From contig JBFRWN010000044.1 of assembly GCA_051439605.1 (NCBI GenBank), positions 32,001 through 96,000 on the forward strand: 64,000 bases of DNA, read 5' to 3'. Of the stretch, positions 50,069-59,244 are shown piece by piece. Position numbers and translations under genes: made by a program. Under the pieces are notes generated by a model. That model was not told the origin of the DNA, did not search any database, and saw only the letters and a program-made list of their open reading frames with translations. Each line of letters opens with the position of its first letter. The stretch's first letter is position 1. Source of the DNA: Synechococcus sp. GTDB taxonomy: Bacteria > Cyanobacteriota > Cyanobacteriia > Thermostichales > PCC-7336.

Positions 50069-52300
50069 ATGAAAATCCCCTTTCAAAAATTGCAGCCCCA
50101 GCAGGGGAACAACACTGGTGATGACCGTGGACTAGGCACTTTTGGTGGCGTGTACACCCCGTCTATTCTGACCATCTTGGGGGTCATCATGTACCTCCGG
50201 TTTGGTTGGGTGGTGGGGAATGTGGGGTTGATAGGGACGATTACTATCGTGGCTCTGTCCACCTCGATTACGTTCCTAACGGCGCTGTCGGTTTGCGCGA
50301 TCGCCACCGATCGCGTTGTGCGAGTGGGGGGAGCTTACTATATGATCAGTCGCTCGCTTGGGATTGAAATTGGGGGAGCGGTTGGGATCCCACTGTATTT
50401 TGCTCAGGCACTGTCTGTGGCCCTTTATACGATAGGTTTTGCTGAAAGTGTCTCTCTGGCATTCACGAATCTAGATCGTGGGCTAATAGCTCTGATTACA
50501 ACCGTGATAGTTGCCGTGATTGCCCTCACTTCGGCGAACGCAGCAATCAAAACTCAATTTCTGATCATGGCTGCGATTGCCATGTCGCTGATTAGCCTAC
50601 TGTTCGGACACCCCATCGATCCTAACGATCTTGTTGTTTCAGAAATTGCAGCAAACCCCGTTTCGTTTTGGCAGGCTTTTGCAGTGTTTTTCCCTGCAGT
50701 AACGGGGATTATGGCAGGGGTAAACCTATCGGGGGACCTAAAGGATCCAACGCAATCTCTGCCTGTGGGAACCCTTGCAGCAGTGGGCACTGGCTTCGCT
50801 ATCTATCTGGTATTGCCTGTGATTTTGGCGGTTAGAGTCAACGATCCAGCGACGTTGATTGCCGAGCCTCTCATTATGCAGAAGATAGCCCTTTGGGGGC
50901 CGGCCATTTTGATTGGGGTGTGGGGAGCCACCTTATCTAGCGCGATCGGAAGTATTTTAGGGGCTCCAAGAGTATTGCAGGCCCTAGCTCGAGATGGGGT
51001 ACTGCCCCGCTGGTTGCGGCTGTTGGGGACGGGCAGTGGCCCCAGCGACGAACCACGCATTGGCACAATGTTCACTCTTGGAGTGGCTCTACTGGCGGTT
51101 TTTCTCGGAGACTTGAACGCGATCGCCCCAGTCCTGACGATGTTTTTTCTCACTACCTATCTGGTCCTCAATGTGGCTGCTGGGATCGAGAGCTTCGTCC
51201 AAAGTCCTTCATTTCGTCCAACGTTTCCAGTGGCTTGGTGGTTGTCTATTTTGGGAGCTGCAGGCTGTATTGTCGTGATGTTTTTGATCGATCCCAGGGC
51301 AACTTTACTAGCCGCATTGGTGGTGTTAGGTATTTATTTTCGACTGCAACAGCAGTCTCTCATTGCAACTTGGGGGGATGCCCGGACGGGCTTAAGATTG
51401 GCGTTACTGCGGGAGGGGATTTTTCAGTTAGATCCCACCACAGACTCCGATCCAAAGAATTGGCGACCCCACGTTCTGGCCCTGACTGGTGCTCCCCAGC
51501 GCCGCTGGGCACTAGTGGAATTTGCCGATAGATTGGTCAACAATCGTGGATTGATCACCATCGCTAGTATCTTGCCAAGCGGCTCTCGTGACAGTAAGCA
51601 ACGGGCCAGCATGGAACTCACCATTCGCGATTACCTCGACAAACGGGGCGTACAGTCTCTGGTGCGGGTGATTTCAGCATCCGATCCCTTCGATGGGGCG
51701 CGGCAGTTGGTGGAAACCTACGGAATTGGTCCCCTGGTTCCCAATATGGTGGTGATGGGGGCCAACGGTGACGCAGATCGCCTCCAGACCTACTGCAAGC
51801 TGGTGGAAGATATTCATTTTTCTGGCCGCAGTCTGGCCATTCTTAAGGAGCACCCCGAACGGGGATTTGGCATCAAGCGTCGCATCGATGTGTGGTGGCG
51901 GGGATTGCAAGGAAATGGTGCCTTGATGCTGCTGCTGGCGGATTTGCTGCGCAACAATTTGGAATGGCGCGATGCTACCATCTATCTCAAGTTGGTGGTT
52001 CCCAACGAAAGTGCCGCCCAATCTGCAGAAAGCAACATAGCGCAGTTGATTAGTGACTTGCGTATTGAAGGCACCGAAACGGTGGTCATTCAAGCACAGG
52101 ACCGTAACTTTGATGAGATATTAGCCGAGAATTCCCGCAACACAGATTTAGTGTTTTTGGGGATGGCTCAACCGGAGAATAGCGAAGCTTTTTTGGAACA
52201 TTATCTACGGCTGGAACAACTATCAAACCAGCTCCCCACCACAGTCTTTGTTTTAGCTGCTCCCAATTCAGCCTTTGCGAATATTTTGGCGTCACAATAG
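50069..52300 (+). CDS. Cation-chloride cotransporter (SLC12/Na-K-Cl-like, APC superfamily)
   Basis: Motifs LGTFGGVY.PS.L.ILGVI.YLR, GGAYYMISRSLG.E.GG, FFPAVTGIMAG.N.SGDLK.P, KNWRP and IDVWW. Confidence 0.92.
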   Translation: MKIPFQKLQPQQGNNTGDDRGLGTFGGVYTPSILTILGVIMYLRFGWVVGNVGLIGTITIVALSTSITFLTALSVCAIATDRVVRVGGAYYMISRSLGIEIGGAVGIPLYFAQALSVALYTIGFAESVSLAFTNLDRGLIALITTVIVAVIALTSANAAIKTQFLIMAAIAMSLISLLFGHPIDPNDLVVSEIAANPVSFWQAFAVFFPAVTGIMAGVNLSGDLKDPTQSLPVGTLAAVGTGFAIYLVLPVILAVRVNDPATLIAEPLIMQKIALWGPAILIGVWGATLSSAIGSILGAPRVLQALARDGVLPRWLRLLGTGSGPSDEPRIGTMFTLGVALLAVFLGDLNAIAPVLTMFFLTTYLVLNVAAGIESFVQSPSFRPTFPVAWWLSILGAAGCIVVMFLIDPRATLLAALVVLGIYFRLQQQSLIATWGDARTGLRLALLREGIFQLDPTTDSDPKNWRPHVLALTGAPQRRWALVEFADRLVNNRGLITIASILPSGSRDSKQRASMELTIRDYLDKRGVQSLVRVISASDPFDGARQLVETYGIGPLVPNMVVMGANGDADRLQTYCKLVEDIHFSGRSLAILKEHPERGFGIKRRIDVWWRGLQGNGALMLLLADLLRNNLEWRDATIYLKLVVPNESAAQSAESNIAQLISDLRIEGTETVVIQAQDRNFDEILAENSRNTDLVFLGMAQPENSEAFLEHYLRLEQLSNQLPTTVFVLAAPNSAFANILASQ

Positions 52301-52563
52301 TCGAACCTATCAACTGCCTAGAACTCGCAATTCATTCGGAAATGGCTACAGCTCCTATGAATGACAGAGATAGGGTTCATTATTCGACCCGCTGTAGAGA
52401 GATTTCATTCTAGATCTGAGCAACGAGTTTACAGGCTTGCAGGCATCAACGGATAGAGTTAATGAGTGCCGAAGCAAAGTATTCTTGCCAGTGCAGTGGA
52501 TGTGTTGCAACTACTTGGGAATACAGACCAATCGTTTACAGCTCCGTTCGCCTATATCTATGC

Positions 52564-52577
52564 GTAGCAAATGCTAC
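52564..52577. promoter_or_regulatory. Candidate distal NtcA box GTAGCAAATGCTAC
   Basis: Exact GTA-N8-TAC with palindromic arms GTAGCA/TGCTAC. I found no TAN3T at the canonical spacing. Confidence 0.5.
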
Positions 52578-52916
52578 ACAAAAGAGGAGGTCACGACCTT
52601 CCCTCACTATTCTTATGTAATCTTTACAATACTGCAGATGGTCTTTCGAAAATGAGCAACAGTTAGCAATCCCAAGAGTTTCTTGAAGTCTGTACTTTGC
52701 GGCCCGTTGTAGATAAATATATTCGGTTGAAGGTAGTTCATCCCTATCAAAACACTGAAAGTCGTAGGAATTTCTTAGATTTCTCACGCACTGTACCTCC
52801 ATAGGGTGAGGAGACTGTGGAGAAAATGTCACTGCAACTTCAGCTTTACAATCCATCGATCCCTACCGGAGAGAATTTGGGTAGCGCTTGTGGATGTCGA
52901 GGTTCATGGCAATGAA

Positions 52917-52959
52917 GTAGCTACAGTTACAATCCACCTCCGTAACCTGTTGATACGTT
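52917..52959 (+). promoter_or_regulatory. Class II NtcA-activated promoter of nrrA
   Basis: GTA-GCTACAGT-TAC (52917-52930), a 23-nt spacer and the -10 box TACGTT (TAN3T, 52954-52959). nrrA is a known NtcA target. Confidence 0.85.
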
Positions 52960-53021
52960 AGCTAGCAATTCGACCGGAGAACGATCCGGCATAGTCCGCC
53001 GGTTTGGTAAGGAGTTCTGAA

Positions 53022-53792
53022 GTGGTCTCGTTGCACATTCAGATTGTTGAAGGAAATCCTCATCTACAAACGCTGTTAGCTTGGCAGTTAGAGCAGGCCG
53101 GTCATGTTGTCCATGCTTGCAACAGCGCGGAGCAGGCCAAATCAGATTTACGCAAGCGGCTAACCCATATTTTGGTGGTAGATGGTGATTTACCCAACGG
53201 AGCCGGTAGAGAGTTGTGCCAGTGGGCTTACAATCAACTTGATGTCGCCATCCTGTTGCTATCCGTTAACGATAGTGAGGCAGAGATCGTAAGTGGGTTG
53301 CAGTCTGGGGCAGATGACTACATGACCAAACCGATGAGCATGCAGGTGTTTGCGGCTCGTGTAGAGACCTTGGCCCGCCGTCTCAAGCGCAATACTCCCC
53401 CTTCCAGCTTGAACTATTCCACCCTTAAAATTGACTTAGTACAGCGACAGGTGACCGTCAGCGATCGCGCAGTGGAGCTTACTCCGCAGGAATTCAGTCT
53501 GCTGTTTGTGCTAGCTCAGGCATCGGGGCAGGCTTTATCTCGATCCGAGCTATTGCAGCGTGCATGGCCGGATGCGATTGATAATCCCCGTACCGTCGAT
53601 ACCCACATCCTTTCGCTGCGCAAAAAGCTAGAGGCGAATCCCCAGCAACCCCACCTGATCCAAACGGTACGGAACGTAGGTTATCGTCTCTACCCCGACG
53701 CAGCAGCCACAAACAGTGCTGCTCAAACCACACCGATACCGACCACCGTCGAGCGCATTCGTACCCCTCAGCCAGTCGCTGCTCGCCATTAA
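53022..53792 (+). CDS. nrrA: OmpR-family response regulator NrrA (nitrogen-regulated)
   Basis: Motifs IVEGNPHL..LL.W.L, GADDY..KP, LTPQEFSLL.VLAQA and AWPDAIDNPRTVDTH. GTG at 53022 follows AAGGAG, with an NtcA promoter upstream. Confidence 0.85.
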   Translation: MVSLHIQIVEGNPHLQTLLAWQLEQAGHVVHACNSAEQAKSDLRKRLTHILVVDGDLPNGAGRELCQWAYNQLDVAILLLSVNDSEAEIVSGLQSGADDYMTKPMSMQVFAARVETLARRLKRNTPPSSLNYSTLKIDLVQRQVTVSDRAVELTPQEFSLLFVLAQASGQALSRSELLQRAWPDAIDNPRTVDTHILSLRKKLEANPQQPHLIQTVRNVGYRLYPDAAATNSAAQTTPIPTTVERIRTPQPVAARH

Positions 53793-53858
53793 TTACAACC
53801 CGCGAAGAGTTCTGGCACGCTCTTTCTGATTCTGCTTGGGGGGGATGTTAGGCTTTGG

Positions 53859-54383
53859 CTATCGCGACTCGTGCAGGGGATATTGACCCTGTCGGTGAGC
53901 GATCGCCAGGGTCCAATAATTTTCAGCATGCTGAACCAGCTCTTCAATTTCCTCGGGAGATAGCGATCGTCGGGGCTTCGCAGGGGTGCCCACCACCAGA
54001 GTTCCAGGCTCGACAGATTTGGTCACAATGGCCCCTGCTCCCACAATGCTGCCCGCACCGATCCTGACGTCATTCATGACAATTGCCCCCATTCCAATCA
54101 GACTGCCCCGCTCGATATGAGCGGAATGGACAATTGCCTTGTGACCGATGGTGACAAAGTCCTCCAAAATCACGGGGAGATCGCGATCTCCATGGATAAC
54201 TGCCCCATCTTGGACGTTACAACAGCGTCCAAGATCGATGGCGGTTATATCCCCCCGGAGAACAGCTCCAAACCAAATATTGCTTTGGGCTTGCAGGGTG
54301 ACATTCCCACACACAACTGCCGTAGAAGCAATCCAGCTCTCGGGGTGGATGGTGGGTTGGCAAATGGGGGGAGGATTTGACAT
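53859..54383 (-). CDS. Gamma-carbonic-anhydrase family (hexapeptide repeat) protein
   Basis: Motifs IWFGAVLRGD, NVQDGAVIH, TIGH..IVH and LIGMGA. ATG at 54383. Confidence 0.92.
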   Translation of the reverse strand: MSNPPPICQPTIHPESWIASTAVVCGNVTLQAQSNIWFGAVLRGDITAIDLGRCCNVQDGAVIHGDRDLPVILEDFVTIGHKAIVHSAHIERGSLIGMGAIVMNDVRIGAGSIVGAGAIVTKSVEPGTLVVGTPAKPRRSLSPEEIEELVQHAENYWTLAIAHRQGQYPLHESR

Positions 54384-54552
54384 TGGGTTTGTGACATTAG
54401 AGTTGGGGAACAGGTTTTTTCTGTGGCTATTCAAACGTTGATATCGGTCTGAATGGCTGGAGCGTATCAAGTTTCGGTAACAGCTTGCAGGATAGTCCCA
54501 TTGCCTCAGCTACCATTGGGGCGTTCCAACCGTTTGTTTGGCTCTTCAGTGC

Positions 54553-56964
54553 ATGGCTCACATCAACGAACGCAATCTGCTCGGGTCTAGAGGTTTGGGT
54601 GCAGCCAGTTTAAGCAGCTTAGGGTTAAGAGGCTTAGGTCTATCTGTGGGGATAGTAAGCCTGGGCTTGTTGTCTGAACCCATTCTGCAGCGATCGCAAG
54701 CAACCTCATCACTCTTTGCACAGCCGGTAGAGGCAAATCCGGTACAGCCTAACGATGGGTCGACAGTTGTCTTGGGCAACTGTAACGGTCAGTGCGCGAT
54801 CGCAGGAGGAGAGCGGACAGGTGTGAACCGCTTCCACAGCTTTACTCAGTTTTCGGTGCCCGATGGAGCCACGGTTGCCTTTACGAACAATGACTCAGGA
54901 GTCGCTAACGCCATTGCCCGCATTACTGGGGGAGACCCTACGGAGATCTACGGAACATTAGCCAGCTCCGGAGCTTTCCCTAATTTCAATTTGTACTTGC
55001 TCAATCCCAGCGGTCTGATTGTGGGGCCAGATGCAACCATCGCTATCGGCGGTGCGTTTGTGGGTTCCACTGCAGATGCTGTGGAGTTTGGCTCCCTTGG
55101 AGAATGGGATACAAGTGAGGGGGGGTCGCCAGCTGGATTGACCGTCCACCCCAGTGCCCTGCTGTTTAAGCACCTGCAGTCCCCGGGGGCAATTGCAATA
55201 GAAGGTCTCCCTCTGGTTCCCAATACCGCTCCCGATCCGCAGTTTATTGTGGGACTGGGGGGTAGTCCTTCATCCCTACTACTGGCGGGGGGCTCTATCA
55301 CTGTAGAGAGCAGCATCATGGTAGCTCTTGACGGTGGCAATGTTACTCTGGCCGCTCTGGGCGACGAAGGGGGTAGGGTGGGGCTCAAAAGGATGGGGTC
55401 ATCTTTGCTGGAAGCTGATTTCCGCAGTAATCCTGGGCGGGGGGATATCACCATTGCAAACGGATCGCTGCTCAGAGCCATCGATGGCGGGACGATTTCG
55501 TTTCGTGGGGAGAATTTCACAATTCGGAACAACTCGTTTGTGGGACTGCGGGGAGATTTGCAAGATGGGCCTCCTGGCGATCGCAGTCCGATTGCTCTAG
55601 ATGTCAGCGGTGTCGCTCGGTTCGAAAACTTTGGCATTTTCTTTGGAGACACCTCAGGGGCAGAGGACGCTGCTCCAGTGACGATTCGGGCGGGGGAGAC
55701 GGTGCTGATGGACAACGTCGGGGCCATTTCCAGCCGGACGTTTGGGTCTGGGAATGGAGGTCGAATTGACATTCGAACAAACCGTCTGGAGATGCGCGAT
55801 CAGTCTCGTATTGCCGCTGACACGGGTGGGACGGGAGATGGGGGGGAGATTGCTATCGCTGCCAAATCAGTATTGATTGAAGGCACCGGCTCAGAACTGA
55901 TCGAGGATCGCACTGCTATTAATACGTTTTCCCTCAGCCAGAAAGATTTAGACTCCACTTCCCTGGGGGTCGATGTAGTAAAGATTCCTGATAATGTTGG
56001 CAATGCCGGTACGGTGATCGTTCGTGCCGAGGAGATGCAACTGACAAATGCCGGATTTATTGGAACGGTCTCCAATACCTCTGGGAATGCTGGCAGTGTT
56101 GATTTACAAGTCACTAATAGATTGCAGCTATCCGATCGCTCGGCGATCGAGGTGGGAAGTTTTGGGTCGGGGGATGCCGGTCAAGCGCGGGTGTCAGCTG
56201 GCTTTTTAAAACTTGAGGATGGCTCGCAAATTTCGGCCGAGAGCACTGAGGGCAGTGGTGGAAATATCGATATTTCGGTGGATGAGCTGCTGCTGATGCG
56301 TCGCAATAGTGCCATTACGGCAGCGGCCAATCGGGATGGTGGAGACATCTCCATCGATGCGGAGTTCGTGGTGGCGGGGCCCAATAATAACGACATCACC
56401 GCTGACGCCGTTCAGGGTCTAGGTGGCAATATCATCGTCACTTCGCGGGGGCTTTTCGGCCTCGAACTGCGGGACGATCCTAGCCCCCAAAGCAGCGACA
56501 TTTCTGTTTCTTCCTTGTTTGCCTTTAATCAGGTGGGCGATCGCGATTTGCGCCGAGAGCTATTCGAACCGCTGTTTGTTGAGGTTCCTGCCGATCCAGC
56601 CAAGCTAGTGAACGATCTATGCCGGTTGGACCCTGGAGAGTCAGTAGAAGACATCGGACAGTTCGTGTACGTGGGGCGCGGTGGGTTGCCTCTAAGCCCT
56701 AGCGATCCGCTGCTGGCTGAGATGCCCCACAGCCCTTGGGTGGAGAGAGAGGAGCTGCCCCCGTCTTCGGTGACACAGAGAGATTCATATGAGGAGACAT
56801 CTCAGGAATCACGGATTCCCCTTCCGTCCGAGCCCCCCCTAGAAATTGTAGAAGCCCAAGGATTGGGGACCGATACAATGGGACGAGTCACTCTGACTGC
56901 GAACACAAATGGAGCACAAGCGGTTGCCACTACTTTTTCGTCCCAAAGCTGTGGCGCATCTTAG
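54553..56964 (+). CDS. Filamentous-haemagglutinin N-terminal domain (TpsA-like) secreted protein
   Basis: Motifs NRFHSFTQFSVP, ARITGG, LLNPSG and FVGSTAD, GNAG/GDGG.I.I repeats, and C-terminal F...GRGGLP..P and EAQG. Confidence 0.9.
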   Translation: MAHINERNLLGSRGLGAASLSSLGLRGLGLSVGIVSLGLLSEPILQRSQATSSLFAQPVEANPVQPNDGSTVVLGNCNGQCAIAGGERTGVNRFHSFTQFSVPDGATVAFTNNDSGVANAIARITGGDPTEIYGTLASSGAFPNFNLYLLNPSGLIVGPDATIAIGGAFVGSTADAVEFGSLGEWDTSEGGSPAGLTVHPSALLFKHLQSPGAIAIEGLPLVPNTAPDPQFIVGLGGSPSSLLLAGGSITVESSIMVALDGGNVTLAALGDEGGRVGLKRMGSSLLEADFRSNPGRGDITIANGSLLRAIDGGTISFRGENFTIRNNSFVGLRGDLQDGPPGDRSPIALDVSGVARFENFGIFFGDTSGAEDAAPVTIRAGETVLMDNVGAISSRTFGSGNGGRIDIRTNRLEMRDQSRIAADTGGTGDGGEIAIAAKSVLIEGTGSELIEDRTAINTFSLSQKDLDSTSLGVDVVKIPDNVGNAGTVIVRAEEMQLTNAGFIGTVSNTSGNAGSVDLQVTNRLQLSDRSAIEVGSFGSGDAGQARVSAGFLKLEDGSQISAESTEGSGGNIDISVDELLLMRRNSAITAAANRDGGDISIDAEFVVAGPNNNDITADAVQGLGGNIIVTSRGLFGLELRDDPSPQSSDISVSSLFAFNQVGDRDLRRELFEPLFVEVPADPAKLVNDLCRLDPGESVEDIGQFVYVGRGGLPLSPSDPLLAEMPHSPWVEREELPPSSVTQRDSYEETSQESRIPLPSEPPLEIVEAQGLGTDTMGRVTLTANTNGAQAVATTFSSQSCGAS

Positions 56965-57018
56965 CGTTGAGTCGCGTCTTAACGTTACTTTGTGTAGCTC
57001 CGTAAAAGATGAGCAACA

Positions 57019-57636
57019 CTATATCTCTAGCCCCGTACCTGCTAGACAAGCCCCCTCTAAAATCGCATCGCCGATCGCACTGGGATCGACCGTTGCACAC
57101 AGTAAATTGGCTTGCACAAGATTTGTTCCTTTCAAGATGGCCCCCTGCAGATTGGACTCTTCTAAGTTGGCCCGCAGGAGATCGGCCCCCGACAAATTCG
57201 CGTTACTGAGGTCCACCTGCTGCAGCACAGCCCCTACCAAATTGACGCCGCGCATGTCCGCGCCGCGAAAATCAGACAGCGGTAAAGAGGGATTACCGAA
57301 GGTCGCGCCTGCCAAAAATGCGCCGGCAAAACTGATCTGAAGCCCTTCAACATCTAAGAAAAGAGCACCACGGCAATCTGCTCCACGAAAATCTGCCCCT
57401 GACAAATTCGCGCCGGTTAAATCCACTCCTCTCAGATTGGCGCGCACTGTCGCCCCCGCCAAATCTGCCCCTGCCAGATTGGCTCCACTGAGATCGGCAC
57501 CACTGAGATCTGCCCCCGCCAGATGGGCTCCGGCGAGATTGATCCCTCCCAGATTTGCTCCTGCTAAAAATTTGATATCCCCTCGGCGAATAGCGTCTAA
57601 GTCAAGAGTCTGGGCCTGTTCTAACGGCAGGTTCAT
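57019..57636 (-). CDS. Pentapeptide repeat protein
   Basis: Many A(N/D)LxG repeats. ATG at 57636 overlaps the upstream stop (ATGA). Confidence 0.92.
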   Translation of the reverse strand: MNLPLEQAQTLDLDAIRRGDIKFLAGANLGGINLAGAHLAGADLSGADLSGANLAGADLAGATVRANLRGVDLTGANLSGADFRGADCRGALFLDVEGLQISFAGAFLAGATFGNPSLPLSDFRGADMRGVNLVGAVLQQVDLSNANLSGADLLRANLEESNLQGAILKGTNLVQANLLCATVDPSAIGDAILEGACLAGTGLEI

Positions 57637-59060
57637 TGAGCCACCTCCGATTTCAGTGGTCCCTCTACTGTTTCCTCCAGCCACACTGTGGGAATCTGAC
57701 TGGGCTGTTGAGGCATTTGCAGCATGCCCACTTCAGCAAGTCTCACCACCGTAGTTAAGGCAGTTACTAGGGCGGGATCGAACCGAGAGTCACTCAGCTT
57801 TTCGCATTCTGACAAGGCTTCGCTGGGGGATAGGGCAACGCGATCGCCGCGTGGCTGGGTCAAGTTTTGGAAAAAGGCTGCTAGACCCAATATGCGGGAT
57901 TCCAGCGGAATTTCTCCCCCCTGCAATCCATCGGGTCGACCGCTGCCATTCCAATGCTCTAGCTGGTGGTTGACGATGGCAATGACCGGTTTGAGTTCCG
58001 GCATAGAGGACAGTAGCTGAGCTCCGATAGAGCCGCGATCTCGCCAAAATGTCGGGCTGCGTTCGTCCAGTTCAGCTGCAGTCAGGCTAAATACCTCTGA
58101 TGGTGCCTCGGACAGGCCAATACGAAATAACAGTCCTGCTAAACGCAGCCTGCGCAGTTGAATGGTGGAAATATCGAGGATTTGTCCGAGAGTCTCTGAG
58201 AGTGCAGACACCTGTAGCGAAGCTACGGGATTGAAGGGGTCCCGCTCGTCCACCCGCTGGGCCATGCGCAAAAAAGCCTGCAGCTTGTTGGCGGTGATAT
58301 TGCGATTGAGGCGTTTGGCTTGCCCTTCTAAATCCCATAGCTCGCGGGTTTGTCGCTGGGTGGCTACCAGTTGCTCTTGGCTGCTCTGCAAGTAGGTCAC
58401 AATGCGGGACACCACGCCGCTGAGGTCGGCGGGGGGACAGTCGGAGCAAGTGCTGATGCTTGCTAGTTCTGAGGTCAGGCGGGCGGCCAGATCGCGGTTG
58501 TAGGGCTGAATGCGATCGATGGAAATTTCAGCCGCCCTCACCACTAAATCCCTTTCAAAGGTCCACAACCCGTAAAATTTGCGTTCTACATCGCGAGCGG
58601 GCTGCATCCCCTCCCAGTATTCACTATTCTCTAGTTCGTGACAGAGCACCATGGCGGAATAGCTGGGGGCCAAGATGATTAAGTTCCATTCCTCCACCCA
58701 AGAATCTGATGGGTCGAGATCCACCAACGACACGTTCGCTTTTTCACCCGTGGGGTGGCTGTGAAAGCCGCTATCGGCTACAGCAGCGATCGCCACGTGG
58801 CGAGACTGTGCAGCGATGTCGAGATAGCGATCAGCTTCTTGTAGGTACCATTTTCCCTGCTGAAAGGTCACTAGAACCAGTGGGGAATTAGTCTCTGATG
58901 TCTCCGTGTTACCTTCCCCTGCAGCCATTTGCAAAATGTGATCCTCAAGGGCGTGGCAGAGGGCAACCAGAGTGTTTTTGTAATAGACACCAAAGCTAGA
59001 TGGCAAGCGGCCCGCGGGCAAGGTGGCTTTGAGCTGGTTGAGGGTGGACTCCGGGCGCAT
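57633..59060 (-). CDS. DICT sensory domain plus degenerate HD-GYP-like domain protein
   Basis: N-terminal YYKNTLVALCHALED, FQQGKWY.QEA.RY, EW.LII and RKFYGLWTF. C-terminal EHWNGSG.PDGL.G.EIPLESRI and RFDP.LV. Confidence 0.85.
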   Translation of the reverse strand: MRPESTLNQLKATLPAGRLPSSFGVYYKNTLVALCHALEDHILQMAAGEGNTETSETNSPLVLVTFQQGKWYLQEADRYLDIAAQSRHVAIAAVADSGFHSHPTGEKANVSLVDLDPSDSWVEEWNLIILAPSYSAMVLCHELENSEYWEGMQPARDVERKFYGLWTFERDLVVRAAEISIDRIQPYNRDLAARLTSELASISTCSDCPPADLSGVVSRIVTYLQSSQEQLVATQRQTRELWDLEGQAKRLNRNITANKLQAFLRMAQRVDERDPFNPVASLQVSALSETLGQILDISTIQLRRLRLAGLLFRIGLSEAPSEVFSLTAAELDERSPTFWRDRGSIGAQLLSSMPELKPVIAIVNHQLEHWNGSGRPDGLQGGEIPLESRILGLAAFFQNLTQPRGDRVALSPSEALSECEKLSDSRFDPALVTALTTVVRLAEVGMLQMPQQPSQIPTVWLEETVEGPLKSEVAQ

Positions 59061-59244
59061 GGTAGTGGAACGTGCGATTAGGTTGATTGTAGGATGTCAT
59101 ATTTTGTCAGAGCCACAAGGGGTGAGAGGAGAGATTGACATGAATGTTTGATTTTCTGCGGAACTGGATAGTCCCTGCCGCAACAATCTGTAAACAGCGG
59201 TTAACGTATACGTAACCCTATCCTCCCAGTCACAGGACAATCTC

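Noticed and set aside
54948..55772. 274-aa antisense ORF inside the TpsA-like gene, and the many other antisense or alternative-frame ORFs in the track
   Set aside because: These are shadow ORFs opposite well-supported genes, with composition explained by the sense-strand codons.
57400..57570. 15-nt periodic DNA repeats that could suggest a tandem array
   Set aside because: Fully explained by pentapeptide-repeat coding.
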